Assembly: GCA_020148055.1 (NCBI GenBank)
Contig: JAHCRF010000001.1
Span: 71,257-135,256 of the forward strand
Length of the DNA: 64,000 bases
From: Patescibacteria group bacterium
GTDB taxonomy: Bacteria; Patescibacteriota; Minisyncoccia; Minisyncoccales; JAHCRE01
Direction: 5' to 3'
Shown here: piece after piece, positions 9,548 to 19,708 of the stretch
How positions within the stretch are numbered: the stretch's first letter is position 1
Layout of the letters: every line of letters begins with the position of its first letter
Program-made: the position numbers and the translations under genes
Notes under the pieces: model-generated
The model's database searches: none
What the model was told of the DNA's origin: nothing
Seen by the model: the letters and a program-made list of their open reading frames with translations, nothing else

Positions 9548-10105
9548 ATGTCTCGATTAACTTTAATTATTATTTGTTTTTTCCTCATTTTATTAATAGG
9601 CCTTTTCTTAATCTGGCCAAAATATCAAAACTTGGGAGCTCTTAAACTTGAAATTGAAGGAAAGGAAATTGAATTACAATACTTGGAAGAATATTTTCAA
9701 AGGCTCGATCAGCTTTCCCAAGAGCTTAAAAAATATGAGGCTCAACTTTCAAAGATTGATTTTGCCCTTCCCTCTGATTCTTCTTTAACTTTGCTTTCTT
9801 TAATAAATTTCCTTCAAAAAGCGAGCTCCCAAAATGGTTTAGTTTTTAAAGAATTGGGATCGTTTTCAATAATCTTACCGAAACCACCAGCCGAAGCTTC
9901 TGGTCTTCAGGAATCTCAACTTTCTTCTAAAATCAAAGAGATCTATCTTGGCTTTGAAGTTGCTGGTTCTTATTCTGCTTTGAAAAATTTCCTTAATACC
10001 TTGGAAAAAAGTGCCAAACTTATCGAAGTAGAAGAGGTTTCTTTTTCTTTTGAAGAGGAGGAGATTTTTTCTTTTATTTTTAAAATAAAAACTCATTCTT
10101 ATTAA
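9548..10105 (+). CDS. pilO: PilO-like alignment protein
   Basis: N-terminal TM, coiled coil, GSYSALKNFLNTLEKSAKLIEV motif. Confidence 0.75.
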   Translation: MSRLTLIIICFFLILLIGLFLIWPKYQNLGALKLEIEGKEIELQYLEEYFQRLDQLSQELKKYEAQLSKIDFALPSDSSLTLLSLINFLQKASSQNGLVFKELGSFSIILPKPPAEASGLQESQLSSKIKEIYLGFEVAGSYSALKNFLNTLEKSAKLIEVEEVSFSFEEEEIFSFIFKIKTHSY

Positions 10106-10111
10106 AGATCT

Positions 10112-10378
10112 ATGGCTGTTACTTTTATTGAATCAAGAAAAAGGCAGAAATATCTAATTTTTATCTTAGTTGTGGTGATTTTTGGAATTGCTTTCCTAAT
10201 CTGGAATTATTTTTCAGCAAAACCAAAGCTTCCCTTCTTTAAACCTCTGCCGCCACCTGAAATAAAAATAAATTTTGAAATATTAAAAAGTCCAACTTTG
10301 GACGAACTTCAGTTATTTGAAGAGATTTTACCCTTTGAAGAGGAAATTGGTCGAGAAAATCCCTTTACTCCCTATTAG
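10112..10378 (+). CDS. Small membrane protein, possibly a PilP remnant
   Basis: One TM and a C-terminal GRENPF; sits in the position pilP normally occupies. Confidence 0.5.
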   Translation: MAVTFIESRKRQKYLIFILVVVIFGIAFLIWNYFSAKPKLPFFKPLPPPEIKINFEILKSPTLDELQLFEEILPFEEEIGRENPFTPY

Positions 10379-10432
10379 GTCTTGAGAAAAATCTTCATCT
10401 AATATCTATTACCTAATATCTAAATTTAGATT

Positions 10433-12160
10433 ATGACGTTAGTTCGCCAATTGATTCAAAAAAAGATCTTAAATAAAGAAAAAGCCACTTCTCTAGAATT
10501 TGAAATTAAAAGCTCGGGAAGAAAAGAGGAAGAGGTGATTTTAGAGAAAAAAATAGTTTCTGAAAGTTTTTTATTTAAGTTAAAGAGCGAAAATCTTAAA
10601 ATACCTTTGAAAGAAGTTCTTCCTGAAGATGTAATTTTCAAGGTTTTGGAGCGCATTCCTGAGGAATCAGCCAAGTATTACAAGATGATACCAATCCGTC
10701 AAAGAGACGATCTGTTGGAAGTCGGAATGGTCTATCCAGAGGATTTAAAAGCTCAAGAAGCTCTCAAATTCTTAACTCGTCAGGAAAAATTGTCTTATGA
10801 AGTCTTTTTGATTACCCCTACTACTTTTAATAATCTCTTGAAGAAATACCGAACTTTGAAAAAAGAAGTCACTAAGGCTTTAGAGGAGTTAGAAGAAGAA
10901 ATAAAGGTAGAGAAAGTTAAAGCTAGGCCTTTGGCTCCTGCTGAATTCGAAAGATTGGTTGAAGAGGCTCCAATTTCTAAAGTAGTGGCCGTGATGTTGA
11001 GGCACGCAGTAGAAGGAGATGCTTCTGATATTCATATCGAACCAACCAGAGATAAATTAAAAGTTCGATTCCGGTTAGATGGAGTTTTACATTCTTCTCT
11101 CCTCTTACCTATTAGAATCCATCAAGCTGTGGTAGCCAGAGTTAAAATTCTATCTAATCTTAAGATTGATGAAATGAGAGTGCCTCAAGACGGTAGATTT
11201 TCGACTAGAATAGATGGTCAAGACATTGATTTCCGGGTTTCCACTTTTCCGACTACCGAAGGAGAAAAAGTGGCAATCAGAGTTTTAGACCCTTCAAAAG
11301 GAATGTTGAGCTTGGAAGAATTGGGGATGGTTGGTAGAAATCTCGAGGTGATAAAGGAAGCGATAAAAAAACCCTATGGGATGATTTTAGCTACTGGTCC
11401 CACCGGGACAGGGAAAACCACTACCTTGTACGCTATTTTAAAAATTTTAAATCAGGAAGGAGTAAATATTGTTGCTTTAGAAGATCCGGTTGAATATTAT
11501 ATTGGAGGGATTAATCAGTCCCAGATGAGACCGGATATCGGTTATACTTTTGCCACCGGTTTGCGGCATGTTGTCAGACAGGATCCTGATATCATTATGG
11601 TTGGAGAGATTCGAGATGAGGAAACAGCTTCCTTAGCTACCCATGCTGCCTTAACTGGCCATGTTGTTTTATCTACCTTGCATACTACCAATGCCTTAGG
11701 AACAATCCCTCGACTTATTGATTTAGGAATTCAACCTTATTTAATTCCCCCCACTATAAGTATCTCTTTAGCCCAGAGATTGGTTAGGAGATTGTGTCCA
11801 GAATGTAAAAAGAAAGTCAAACCAAAATTAAAAATCAGAGATTTAATTTTGAAAGAAACTGAAGCTCTTTCTCTAACAGCTAAAAAAGATCTTAAGATCT
11901 CGAAAAGCTTCTCAATTTTTGAGCCTAAGGGTTGTAAAAAATGTCGTTTTGAAGGTTATTCTGGTCGAATTGGGCTTTTTGAAGTTTTAGTAATGACCGA
12001 TGAACTTTCTGAGCTAATCTTGAAGGAACCTTCAGAAGTTAAGATTGCTGAGGAGGCCGAAAACCAGGGAATGATTACAATGAAACAAGACGGTATTTTA
12101 AAAGTTTTAGATGGCATCACTTCAATTGAAGAAGTTTTGAGAGTGGCTGAGGAGAAATAA
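10433..12160 (+). CDS. pilB: Pilus extension ATPase, PilB/GspE family
   Basis: ASDIHIEP, GPTGTGKTTTLY, RQDPDIIMVGEIRD, CxxC zinc motifs. Confidence 0.93.
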   Translation: MTLVRQLIQKKILNKEKATSLEFEIKSSGRKEEEVILEKKIVSESFLFKLKSENLKIPLKEVLPEDVIFKVLERIPEESAKYYKMIPIRQRDDLLEVGMVYPEDLKAQEALKFLTRQEKLSYEVFLITPTTFNNLLKKYRTLKKEVTKALEELEEEIKVEKVKARPLAPAEFERLVEEAPISKVVAVMLRHAVEGDASDIHIEPTRDKLKVRFRLDGVLHSSLLLPIRIHQAVVARVKILSNLKIDEMRVPQDGRFSTRIDGQDIDFRVSTFPTTEGEKVAIRVLDPSKGMLSLEELGMVGRNLEVIKEAIKKPYGMILATGPTGTGKTTTLYAILKILNQEGVNIVALEDPVEYYIGGINQSQMRPDIGYTFATGLRHVVRQDPDIIMVGEIRDEETASLATHAALTGHVVLSTLHTTNALGTIPRLIDLGIQPYLIPPTISISLAQRLVRRLCPECKKKVKPKLKIRDLILKETEALSLTAKKDLKISKSFSIFEPKGCKKCRFEGYSGRIGLFEVLVMTDELSELILKEPSEVKIAEEAENQGMITMKQDGILKVLDGITSIEEVLRVAEEK

Positions 12161-12166
12161 AATTAT

Positions 12167-12532
12167 ATGAGGTCAATTTTATTGGTTGAGGACGATCCTT
12201 TTATCATTGATATTTATACTACTAAATTGAAAGAGGCCGGATTTTTTATTGAGATAGCCGAAGATGGTGAAGAGGCCTTGAAAAAAATAAGAGAAAAAAA
12301 ACCCGACCTTTTAGTTTTAGATATTGTTCTGCCTAACATTGATGGATGGGAACTTCTTAAGAGAGTTAGAACCGAATTAGGTTGCGAAGATTTAAAAGTA
12401 GTTGTTTTTTCCAATCTCAGCCAAAAGGCAGACGTTGAAAAAAGTTTGGAATTTGGAGTAATAAAATATTTCATTAAAGCGGATTTTACTCCAAGTGAAG
12501 TGGTTGAAGAAATAAAGAAAATACTAAAATAA
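12167..12532 (+). CDS. Single-domain response regulator receiver
   Basis: LLVEDD, PDLLVLD (phosphoacceptor Asp), conserved Lys in YFIKA. Confidence 0.9.
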   Translation: MRSILLVEDDPFIIDIYTTKLKEAGFFIEIAEDGEEALKKIREKKPDLLVLDIVLPNIDGWELLKRVRTELGCEDLKVVVFSNLSQKADVEKSLEFGVIKYFIKADFTPSEVVEEIKKILK

Positions 12533-12540
12533 TTTTAATT

Positions 12541-13608
12541 ATGGACTATTCTTCTCAACTTAGAGAATTATTGAATTTTACCATCCAAGAGAAAGCCTCT
12601 GATTTACATATTTCAGTTGGTCATCCTCCAGTTTTAAGGATAAGTGGTCGACTTATCCCCTTAATTAAATTCAAAAAAATTACTTCCGGAGACTCTCAGG
12701 GGTTAGCTTTTGAATTAATGACAGAGGAACAAAGAGAAAGATTTCTTCAGAAAAAAGAAATCGATTTTTCTTATAATTTTGAAGGAAGGGCAAGATTTAG
12801 AATCAATATTTTTTTTGCAAGTGGAAATATTTCCTCTGCTCTTCGTCTCATTCCAGCCAAAATTCCAACCATTGAAGAATTGAATCTTCCTCCAATTTTG
12901 CATCAATTTACCAAGCCTTCTCAGGGATTTGTTTTAGTTACTGGTCCCTCATCTCATGGAAAATCAACGACTCTAGCGGCTCTACTTGATGAGGTAAATC
13001 ATACCAGAAACGATCATATAATCACTATTGAGGATCCAATTGAATATGTTTTTGAGGACGATCGTTGTATTATTGACCAAAGGGAAGTTTATCAAGATAC
13101 AATCTCTTTTGCCCAAGCCCTAAGATCAACTTTCCGCCAAGACCCTGACGTAATTATGGTGGGAGAAATGAGAGATTTAGAAACCATGGCCACCGCTATT
13201 TCTGCTGCTGAAACCGGGCACTTGGTCTTCGCTACTTTACACACCAATTCAGCCTCCCAGAGTATCCATCGAATTGTTGATTCTTTTCCTCCTTTACAGC
13301 AAAGTCAAGTTAGAGCCCAATTATCAGGCTCTCTTTTAGGAGTAATTTCCCAGAGATTAATTCCTAGAATTAAAGGAGGCTTGATCCCTACTTGTGAAAT
13401 AATGATTAATACCTCGGCTGTGGCTAATTTAATTCGGGAAAACAAAATTCATGAATTACCCTTGGTTATTGAAACCTCAGCTGAAATCGGAATGGCTTCT
13501 TTAAATCGGTCTTTAGCCAATCTGGTTAGAGCAAAAGAAATTTCTTTAGAAAACGCCTTACTTTATTCTCTTAATCCAGTTGAACTAAAAAAACTTCTTA
13601 GATATTAA
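12541..13608 (+). CDS. pilT: Pilus retraction ATPase PilT
   Basis: ASDLHISVG, GPSSHGKSTT, RQDPDVIMVGEMRD, ANLIRENK. Confidence 0.93.
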   Translation: MDYSSQLRELLNFTIQEKASDLHISVGHPPVLRISGRLIPLIKFKKITSGDSQGLAFELMTEEQRERFLQKKEIDFSYNFEGRARFRINIFFASGNISSALRLIPAKIPTIEELNLPPILHQFTKPSQGFVLVTGPSSHGKSTTLAALLDEVNHTRNDHIITIEDPIEYVFEDDRCIIDQREVYQDTISFAQALRSTFRQDPDVIMVGEMRDLETMATAISAAETGHLVFATLHTNSASQSIHRIVDSFPPLQQSQVRAQLSGSLLGVISQRLIPRIKGGLIPTCEIMINTSAVANLIRENKIHELPLVIETSAEIGMASLNRSLANLVRAKEISLENALLYSLNPVELKKLLRY

Positions 13609-13614
13609 AATAAA

Positions 13615-14826
13615 ATGAGATTTAATTATCAGGCCAGAACTAAAGCCGGTTCGCTTCAAAGCGGAACAGTTGAATCCTCTTCCCGAGAGGCAGCTTTAAC
13701 TCTTTTGGAAAAATATGGACTTTATGTCACTTCTTTAGAAAGGGCAGAAGTAATGCCAGTTTTTTTTAGAAAAATAAAGCTTTTCCAGAGAATCTCTAGT
13801 GGGGAGATAGTCAGTTTTTCAAGGCAATTGGCCATTATGTTTAAATCGAGAATTCCAATAGTGGAGATTTTTTATACTCTAGCCAAACAGACTAAAAATC
13901 CAAGTTTTAAAGAAAAAATTATTAAAATTGCTGAAGATGTAGAAGGGGGAGGTCCTCTTTCTTCTACCCTAGCTAAGCATCCGAGAATTTTTAGTCAATT
14001 CTATATCAGTATGGTCAAATCTGGCGAAGTTTCTGGAGAACTTTCAGAAGTTTTAGATTATTTAGCTGACCATTTGGAAAGGGAAAGGGATTTCCGTTCA
14101 AAAATGATTGGCGCAATGATTTATCCCGTCTTAGTTTTAATAGTTGTCTTAGTCGTAATTGTGGCAATGACCCTTTTTGTTATTCCCAAATTAGGTGACA
14201 TGATAAAAGAAATGGAGATGGAGACTCCTTTTATAACTGATCTTGTTTTAGGTTTTTCTGATCTTTTAAGAAAATGGGGAATATTTTTTATTGTTGGTGT
14301 TTTTATCTTAATGTTTGCCTTTTCCCGGTTCTTCAAGACCAAGCAGGGGAAAATAATTTTTGATAAATTTTCTTTGAAATTCCCTATAATTGGCGGTTTT
14401 TTACAAAAGCTTTATCTTACTCGTTTTGCCGAAAATTTGTCAACCTTAATTTCAGGAGGCTTGCCAATTGCCCGGGCTTTAGAAATCACCGCTGACATAG
14501 TTGGAAACGATGTTTACAAAAGCATCATTTTAACAGCTCGAGACGGGGTGAGAAGAGGAGAAACAATATCTTCTATTTTAGAAAAGTATCCTGAAGATGT
14601 CCCTCCTTTATTTACCCAGATGACCTTAGTTGGAGAGAGGGCTGGTCAAATAAGTCCAGCCCTAATGAATATCGTTGGTTTTTATCGAAAGGACGTTGAA
14701 AGAACTCTTGATAACTTTGTCAGTTTTCTTGAGCCACTTTTACTTATATTTTTAGGAGTAGTAGTTGCCGGATTAGTAGCCAGTGTTTTAATGCCAATCT
14801 ATCAGGTTGCCTTAGGAGGAATATAG
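13615..14826 (+). CDS. pilC: Pilus platform protein, PilC/GspF family
   Basis: Two GspF repeats (FSRQLAIM..., GEVSGEL, AMIYP, LEPLL). Confidence 0.92.
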   Translation: MRFNYQARTKAGSLQSGTVESSSREAALTLLEKYGLYVTSLERAEVMPVFFRKIKLFQRISSGEIVSFSRQLAIMFKSRIPIVEIFYTLAKQTKNPSFKEKIIKIAEDVEGGGPLSSTLAKHPRIFSQFYISMVKSGEVSGELSEVLDYLADHLERERDFRSKMIGAMIYPVLVLIVVLVVIVAMTLFVIPKLGDMIKEMEMETPFITDLVLGFSDLLRKWGIFFIVGVFILMFAFSRFFKTKQGKIIFDKFSLKFPIIGGFLQKLYLTRFAENLSTLISGGLPIARALEITADIVGNDVYKSIILTARDGVRRGETISSILEKYPEDVPPLFTQMTLVGERAGQISPALMNIVGFYRKDVERTLDNFVSFLEPLLLIFLGVVVAGLVASVLMPIYQVALGGI

Positions 14827-14951
14827 AAGTTTTCCACAGTTCGACTTATAAAGATTTGTTATAATAAAAATTGAGCCCTTCTAATGGAACTGAATAAAAA
14901 ATCAAAAGGTCGAAAATCAAAAATTTCAAAAATTAATGACTAATAATTAAA

Positions 14952-15449
14952 ATGGAAATTATGGTTAAGAAAAAAGGTTTTACCTTAATCGAGCTTCTAG
15001 TGGTAATTGCCATCATTGGAATTTTAGCTTCGATTGTTTTGGTCTCTTTAGGTGGAGCAAGGGCAAAAGCGAGAGATGCCAGGATTACAGGAGCTATGTC
15101 TCAGATTCGAACCAAGGCTGAATTGGTTAATGCAGCAGAAAATGCTTACACTCTTTTGGCCTGTGGTTATGATACTGAAATGACATCCCTTTGTAATGAC
15201 ATCGATAAACAGTGTCCTAGTGGAACATCAGGATGTGGAGCAGATGATGCAGACGGAGGAACTGAGGATGTAACAATTCAAGCGAGTGCTGATAAATACT
15301 GTGCCCATACCCCGCTGAATGTTCAATACGGTGGAGCTAACGATTACTATTGTGCAGATAGCACAGGAAGAGCCGGTAATACTACTACTGCACCCGGTGT
15401 CGCACCTTATTGCATTGCCCCAACTTACGTCTGTCCTGCTGTAAGATAG
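14952..15449 (+). CDS. Type IV pilin, probably the major pilin
   Basis: KKG|FTLIELLVVIAII class III signal peptide; Cys-rich globular domain. Confidence 0.9.
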   Translation: MEIMVKKKGFTLIELLVVIAIIGILASIVLVSLGGARAKARDARITGAMSQIRTKAELVNAAENAYTLLACGYDTEMTSLCNDIDKQCPSGTSGCGADDADGGTEDVTIQASADKYCAHTPLNVQYGGANDYYCADSTGRAGNTTTAPGVAPYCIAPTYVCPAVR

Positions 15450-15541
15450 TTAATAATTGAAAAGCTTCTATTTGGTTTGATAATCCAAATGTGTTAGGGA
15501 CTCTGAAATTAAAGAGTATCAGAGTTATTTGATTTGAAATA

Positions 15542-16012
15542 ATGTTATTTTTCCTTAAGAAATCTAGAGGTTTTATTTTATTTAAAGATCAAAAATTTTC
15601 GGATGGTTTTACTTTGGTTGAACTCTTGGTAGTTATTGCTATTATCGGACTTTTAGCTTCGGTTGCTTCAGTTATTGCAATGGAGGCTCGAAAGCGAGGT
15701 AGAGATACAGGTATTCAGGCTAGTTTAGCCCAAGCAAGATTCGAAGCCGCCTTGATCCATAATAGCGATAAGTCTTATGTTGCTCTCTGTGATGCTAGTG
15801 ATACTCTTAATGATGCTAATGATAATCTCCGTATAATCGAGGATGGAGTTAGAAAATATGCCGGTGTTGACCCGATTTGTTATGCTGCTAAAGATACTTA
15901 TTGTGTTCAGTCTCCGTTAAATATAGGTGGTTATTATTGTTTAGACTCAACTGGATTTGCCGGGAAAATAACTGATTCCACTTATTGTCCAGCAAATACT
16001 CGTTGCCCCTGA
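15542..16012 (+). CDS. Type IV pilin
   Basis: G|FTLVELLVVIAIIG; Cys-rich C-terminus resembling the upstream pilin (YCxDSTG). Confidence 0.88.
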   Translation: MLFFLKKSRGFILFKDQKFSDGFTLVELLVVIAIIGLLASVASVIAMEARKRGRDTGIQASLAQARFEAALIHNSDKSYVALCDASDTLNDANDNLRIIEDGVRKYAGVDPICYAAKDTYCVQSPLNIGGYYCLDSTGFAGKITDSTYCPANTRCP

Positions 16013-16161
16013 TAAAAAGGTCAAATCTATTTTTTGTGGCGTAATAAAAAAATTTAATAAGATTGAGATAAATCCCGATGGATTTTTAAATTTGCTCCGG
16101 GCTTCGGCCGGGCAGATTTTTTTGTATTTCGATTTACTAACAGATTAGCTATAATAAAAAA

Positions 16162-16962
16162 ATGGAGTTGGTTTCCTTTTTCTCTCTTTTTATTTTCCTT
16201 TTTGGATTAGCAGTAGGTAGTTTTTTAAATTCAATAATTCACCGCTTACATACCGGCGAAAGTTTTCTATTTACTCATTCCTATTGTCCTCATTGTAAGC
16301 ACAAATTAAGCTGGCAAGATTTAATTCCTATTTTGAGTTTTCTAATTTTAAAAGGAAAATGCCGATATTGTAAAAAAAAGGTGTCCTTGCAATATCCCTT
16401 GGTTGAGTCAGCAACTGGAATTTTATTTATTTTAACTACCCATTACACACTACTTACTATAAGCTACGAAAGTTTACTGTTTACTGTTTACTGTTTACTG
16501 TTAAGTTGTTTCTTAATAATAATTTTCGTTTACGATTTAAAACACTATATTATTCCGGATAAAATAATTTATCCTGCAATAGGCATTGCCTTTATCTATA
16601 ATATTCTTTATTCATACTTCATAATTCATAATTCCTATTTCCTTGTAAATAGTTTATTAGCAGCCTTTACTGGAGGCCTCTCTTTTCTTTTTATTTTTCT
16701 CCTTTCGGGTGGCAAATGGATGGGTTTTGGTGATGTTAAGTTAGTTTTCTTTATGGGTCTTTTTTTGAGTTTTCCAGATATTTTGGTTGCTCTGTTTTTA
16801 GCCTTTTTAGTTGGTGCTATAATAGGGATAGGGTTGATTTCGGCTGGTAAAAAAACTCTTAAGAGTGAAGTTCCTTTTGGCCCTTTTCTGGTGACAGGAG
16901 CCTTTATCGCTTTCTGTTTCGGAAATCAAATAGTAAATTGGTATTTAAAAATTTTAAGATGA
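16162..16962 (+). CDS. pilD: Prepilin peptidase
   Basis: GSFLN, SYCPHC...GKCRYC, YDLKHYIIPD, MGFGDVKL, VPFGPFL. Confidence 0.93.
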   Translation: MELVSFFSLFIFLFGLAVGSFLNSIIHRLHTGESFLFTHSYCPHCKHKLSWQDLIPILSFLILKGKCRYCKKKVSLQYPLVESATGILFILTTHYTLLTISYESLLFTVYCLLLSCFLIIIFVYDLKHYIIPDKIIYPAIGIAFIYNILYSYFIIHNSYFLVNSLLAAFTGGLSFLFIFLLSGGKWMGFGDVKLVFFMGLFLSFPDILVALFLAFLVGAIIGIGLISAGKKTLKSEVPFGPFLVTGAFIAFCFGNQIVNWYLKILR

Positions 16963-17516
16963 AACAATTTAGCAATAAAAAGGGTTTTACCTTGGTTGAA
17001 ATTGTGGTCGTCTTTTTTATTATAATTTTGTTGTCGGCGATAATTCTTACTAATTATCAGGCAGGAGGACAACAATTTGCTCTTCAAAGATCAGCCAATA
17101 AATTATCCCAGGATATAAGAAGAGCTCAAGAAATGGCAATGTCAGTAAAAGAAGTTGGACCTTCCGGAGCAAAGATCGTGCCAGAAGGGGGATATGGTAT
17201 TTATTTTAAGACAAGTCCGCAAAAGATCATTATTTTTAATGACTGCAATAATAATCAACAATATACTCCAGGAAATGTTTGTGGTACCCCACCTGATAAA
17301 TTTCCTGAAAAAATTGAAGATATAAACTTAGAATCCGGTGTCCGGATAGAAAATCTTTCTCCTTCGACTCCTCTACACATTACTTTTAAACCCCCAGATC
17401 CTACTATCTCTATCTCTGACGGAGATCAAGCTATAATAACTCTCACCTTAGAAGCCGATCCATCAAAAACTAAAACAATAAAAGTAAATAAAGTCGGCCT
17501 GGTTGAGATAGAGTAA
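16959..17516 (+). CDS. Minor pilin, FimU/GspH-like
   Basis: KKG|FTLVE; ATGA overlap with the pilD stop. Confidence 0.8.
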   Translation: MKQFSNKKGFTLVEIVVVFFIIILLSAIILTNYQAGGQQFALQRSANKLSQDIRRAQEMAMSVKEVGPSGAKIVPEGGYGIYFKTSPQKIIIFNDCNNNQQYTPGNVCGTPPDKFPEKIEDINLESGVRIENLSPSTPLHITFKPPDPTISISDGDQAIITLTLEADPSKTKTIKVNKVGLVEIE

Positions 17517-17568
17517 AAAAAGCTAACATCTAATTGTTAATAGATCAATTAACAATCAATAATCAACA

Positions 17569-18090
17569 ATGAATAATAAGAGTTTTACTTTATTGGAGGC
17601 AATCATAGCAATTTTTATAATTACAGTTGGAGTTGTTGGAGTCTTAGGTTTGGTTTCCCAGACAATTGGTTCTGTTATTGTTTCATCACAAAAACTAATT
17701 GCTGCCTATTTAGCTCAGGAAGGAATTGAAATTGTTAGAAATATCAGAGATACAAATTGGTTGGAGGGAGCGCCGAGTTGGGATGAAGGTTTAGGAGAAG
17801 ATGATTGGGAAGGAGATTATACAATGACTCAGAATTTGAATTTCTGTCTTTTTGCTTGTGGATATGATGATCTCAGTTTTCTTAAAATTGATGCTAATGG
17901 CTTTTATAGTTATTCTGCCGGAAATGATACAAAATTTAAAAGGAAAATTACCATCGCTGATAAAGAAGATTTGAGTGACCCCCCCGACGGTGTCTATGAT
18001 AAAATGACCGTTACAGTTGAAGTTTTTTGGCGAGAAAAAGGGAAAACCTACAACGTCTCTGCCCAGGAAAATTTATATAATTGGCGATAA
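17569..18090 (+). CDS. Minor pilin, PilV-like
   Basis: KS|FTLLEAIIAI, AAYLAQEGIEIVR. Confidence 0.8.
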   Translation: MNNKSFTLLEAIIAIFIITVGVVGVLGLVSQTIGSVIVSSQKLIAAYLAQEGIEIVRNIRDTNWLEGAPSWDEGLGEDDWEGDYTMTQNLNFCLFACGYDDLSFLKIDANGFYSYSAGNDTKFKRKITIADKEDLSDPPDGVYDKMTVTVEVFWREKGKTYNVSAQENLYNWR

Positions 18091-18095
18091 TAACA

Positions 18096-18683
18096 ATGAA
18101 ACAGTTTAACAATTTAACAAAAGAATCTAAAGGTTTAACCTTAATTGAAATGCTGGTGGCGGTGACTATATTTGCTACGGTCGTAGGAGCCATTTCTGGA
18201 CTTTTTATTTCCGGTATTCGCTCTCAAGGGAGGGTTTTAGCCACTCAAGAGATTCTGGACCAAACAAGCTATGTCATGGAGTACATGAGTAGAGCTTTAA
18301 GAATGGCAAAGAAAGATTTAAATGGCGACTGTATTTCAGCTAAGTTAAATTATGAAAAAACTGGTTCAGGAACAGGCGGAATAAAATTTGAAAGTTATAG
18401 CGGCCCATGCCAAGAATTCTTCCGAGAATGGGACGCGATGGAGGGAGTTCATCGTCTAAAAGAAGCAAAAGCGGGGATTGAAAACTATTTAACTTCTCCT
18501 GATTTAGATGTGGTCTCCTTTAATATTGGACCCGACGCCAGTTGGGACCAAAATGATAATGACCAGCCACGAGTAACTATTTCTTTAGAAATGGAAAGTG
18601 GAAGGCCTGTAACAACAGGACCACCACCAAGAATCCAAATTCAAACCTCAATTTCTCAAAGAAACCTAGACGTCCAGTATTAA
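18096..18683 (+). CDS. Minor pilin, PilW-like
   Basis: KG|LTLIEMLVA. Confidence 0.8.
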   Translation: MKQFNNLTKESKGLTLIEMLVAVTIFATVVGAISGLFISGIRSQGRVLATQEILDQTSYVMEYMSRALRMAKKDLNGDCISAKLNYEKTGSGTGGIKFESYSGPCQEFFREWDAMEGVHRLKEAKAGIENYLTSPDLDVVSFNIGPDASWDQNDNDQPRVTISLEMESGRPVTTGPPPRIQIQTSISQRNLDVQY

Positions 18684-18684
18684 T

Positions 18685-19095
18685 ATGAAAATTGAAAAGC
18701 CAGAGTTCAAAATTCAAAATTCTAAGAAAGGTGTTTCTATTTATCTTGCCGTAATGATTATGTTTATTTTGTTAGCTATTGGTTTAGGAATGAGTGTGAT
18801 TATAGTTTCACAAATAAAAATGATAAGAGAAATGGGACATTCAGTAATTGCCTTTTATGCCGCCGATACCGGGATTGAGAAAGTTTTGTATAAAGATGAA
18901 GAGTGTCGCAGATCTGCTCCGAATTGTGATTTGTTAATTTGTGAAGCAGACTGCAGTAGACTTTCTGATCAAACCTTTCCAGAAGAAGCTATAGGTGGGG
19001 CAAGTTATATAGTAACAGTTTCTAATAATGCTACTTCTTTTGAATCAGTAGGGATTTATAAAGAAACTAAAAGGGCAATTGAAACCACAAGATAA
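18685..19095 (+). CDS. Minor pilin, PilX-like
   Basis: KKG|VSIYL without Glu5, AFYAADTGIE. Confidence 0.78.
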   Translation: MKIEKPEFKIQNSKKGVSIYLAVMIMFILLAIGLGMSVIIVSQIKMIREMGHSVIAFYAADTGIEKVLYKDEECRRSAPNCDLLICEADCSRLSDQTFPEEAIGGASYIVTVSNNATSFESVGIYKETKRAIETTR

Positions 19096-19104
19096 ATAAT
19101 CCAA

Positions 19105-19140
19105 AAATAAAAAAATCCCTGATCAGGGATTTTTTTATTT
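19105..19140. terminator. Bidirectional terminator (perfect palindrome)
   Basis: AAATAAAAAAATCCCTGA|TCAGGGATTTTTTTATTT between convergent operons. Confidence 0.8.
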
Positions 19141-19156
19141 GTTTTAAGATTCTTTT

Positions 19157-19708
19157 TTACTCTCTAATTATTTTCCCTACCATCTCTAAAGCTTTTAATA
19201 TTATCATTGCTTTTGCCAGCCCCCTTTCTTTTTTTGGTGGAAAATGAAATCTTTTAACTAAAATTTTATCTCTTAATATTACTCCAATATCTACCTGACC
19301 TACTTTCTTCTCTGGAAATCTCAGGTCAGGTCTTGAAATTATTCCGGTAATTCCAATTCCAATATCGGAGCCTTTAATTTTTTTTACTGCTTTTTGGGCT
19401 AAAGCTTCAGCTATTTGAGTACTATAAACTGAATATTTTTTAATTAATTTTCTTGGGATTCCCAAAGCTATTTTTTCTTGCTTAGAATAAGGAACAAAAC
19501 CTCCTTTTATAATTTCTGAAGCGCCTGGGATATTTGTGATTGAATTTATCAAGCCCCCCCCCGTGCAAGATTCCATTGTAGCCAAAAACAATTTTTTCCT
19601 TTTTAAAGTGATTACTAAATTTTTAGCTAAAAATTTAATTTTTTTCTCAAGAATTCTCTTTTTAAATTTTTCTTTTCTTAAGTCAATTTCTTCAAAATTT
19701 TCTTTCAT
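19157..19708 (-). CDS. pncC: NMN deamidase, PncC / CinA C-terminal domain
   Basis: ATMESCTGG, IPGAS, YSKQEK and GITG motifs. Confidence 0.85.
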   Translation of the reverse strand: MKENFEEIDLRKEKFKKRILEKKIKFLAKNLVITLKRKKLFLATMESCTGGGLINSITNIPGASEIIKGGFVPYSKQEKIALGIPRKLIKKYSVYSTQIAEALAQKAVKKIKGSDIGIGITGIISRPDLRFPEKKVGQVDIGVILRDKILVKRFHFPPKKERGLAKAMIILKALEMVGKIIRE

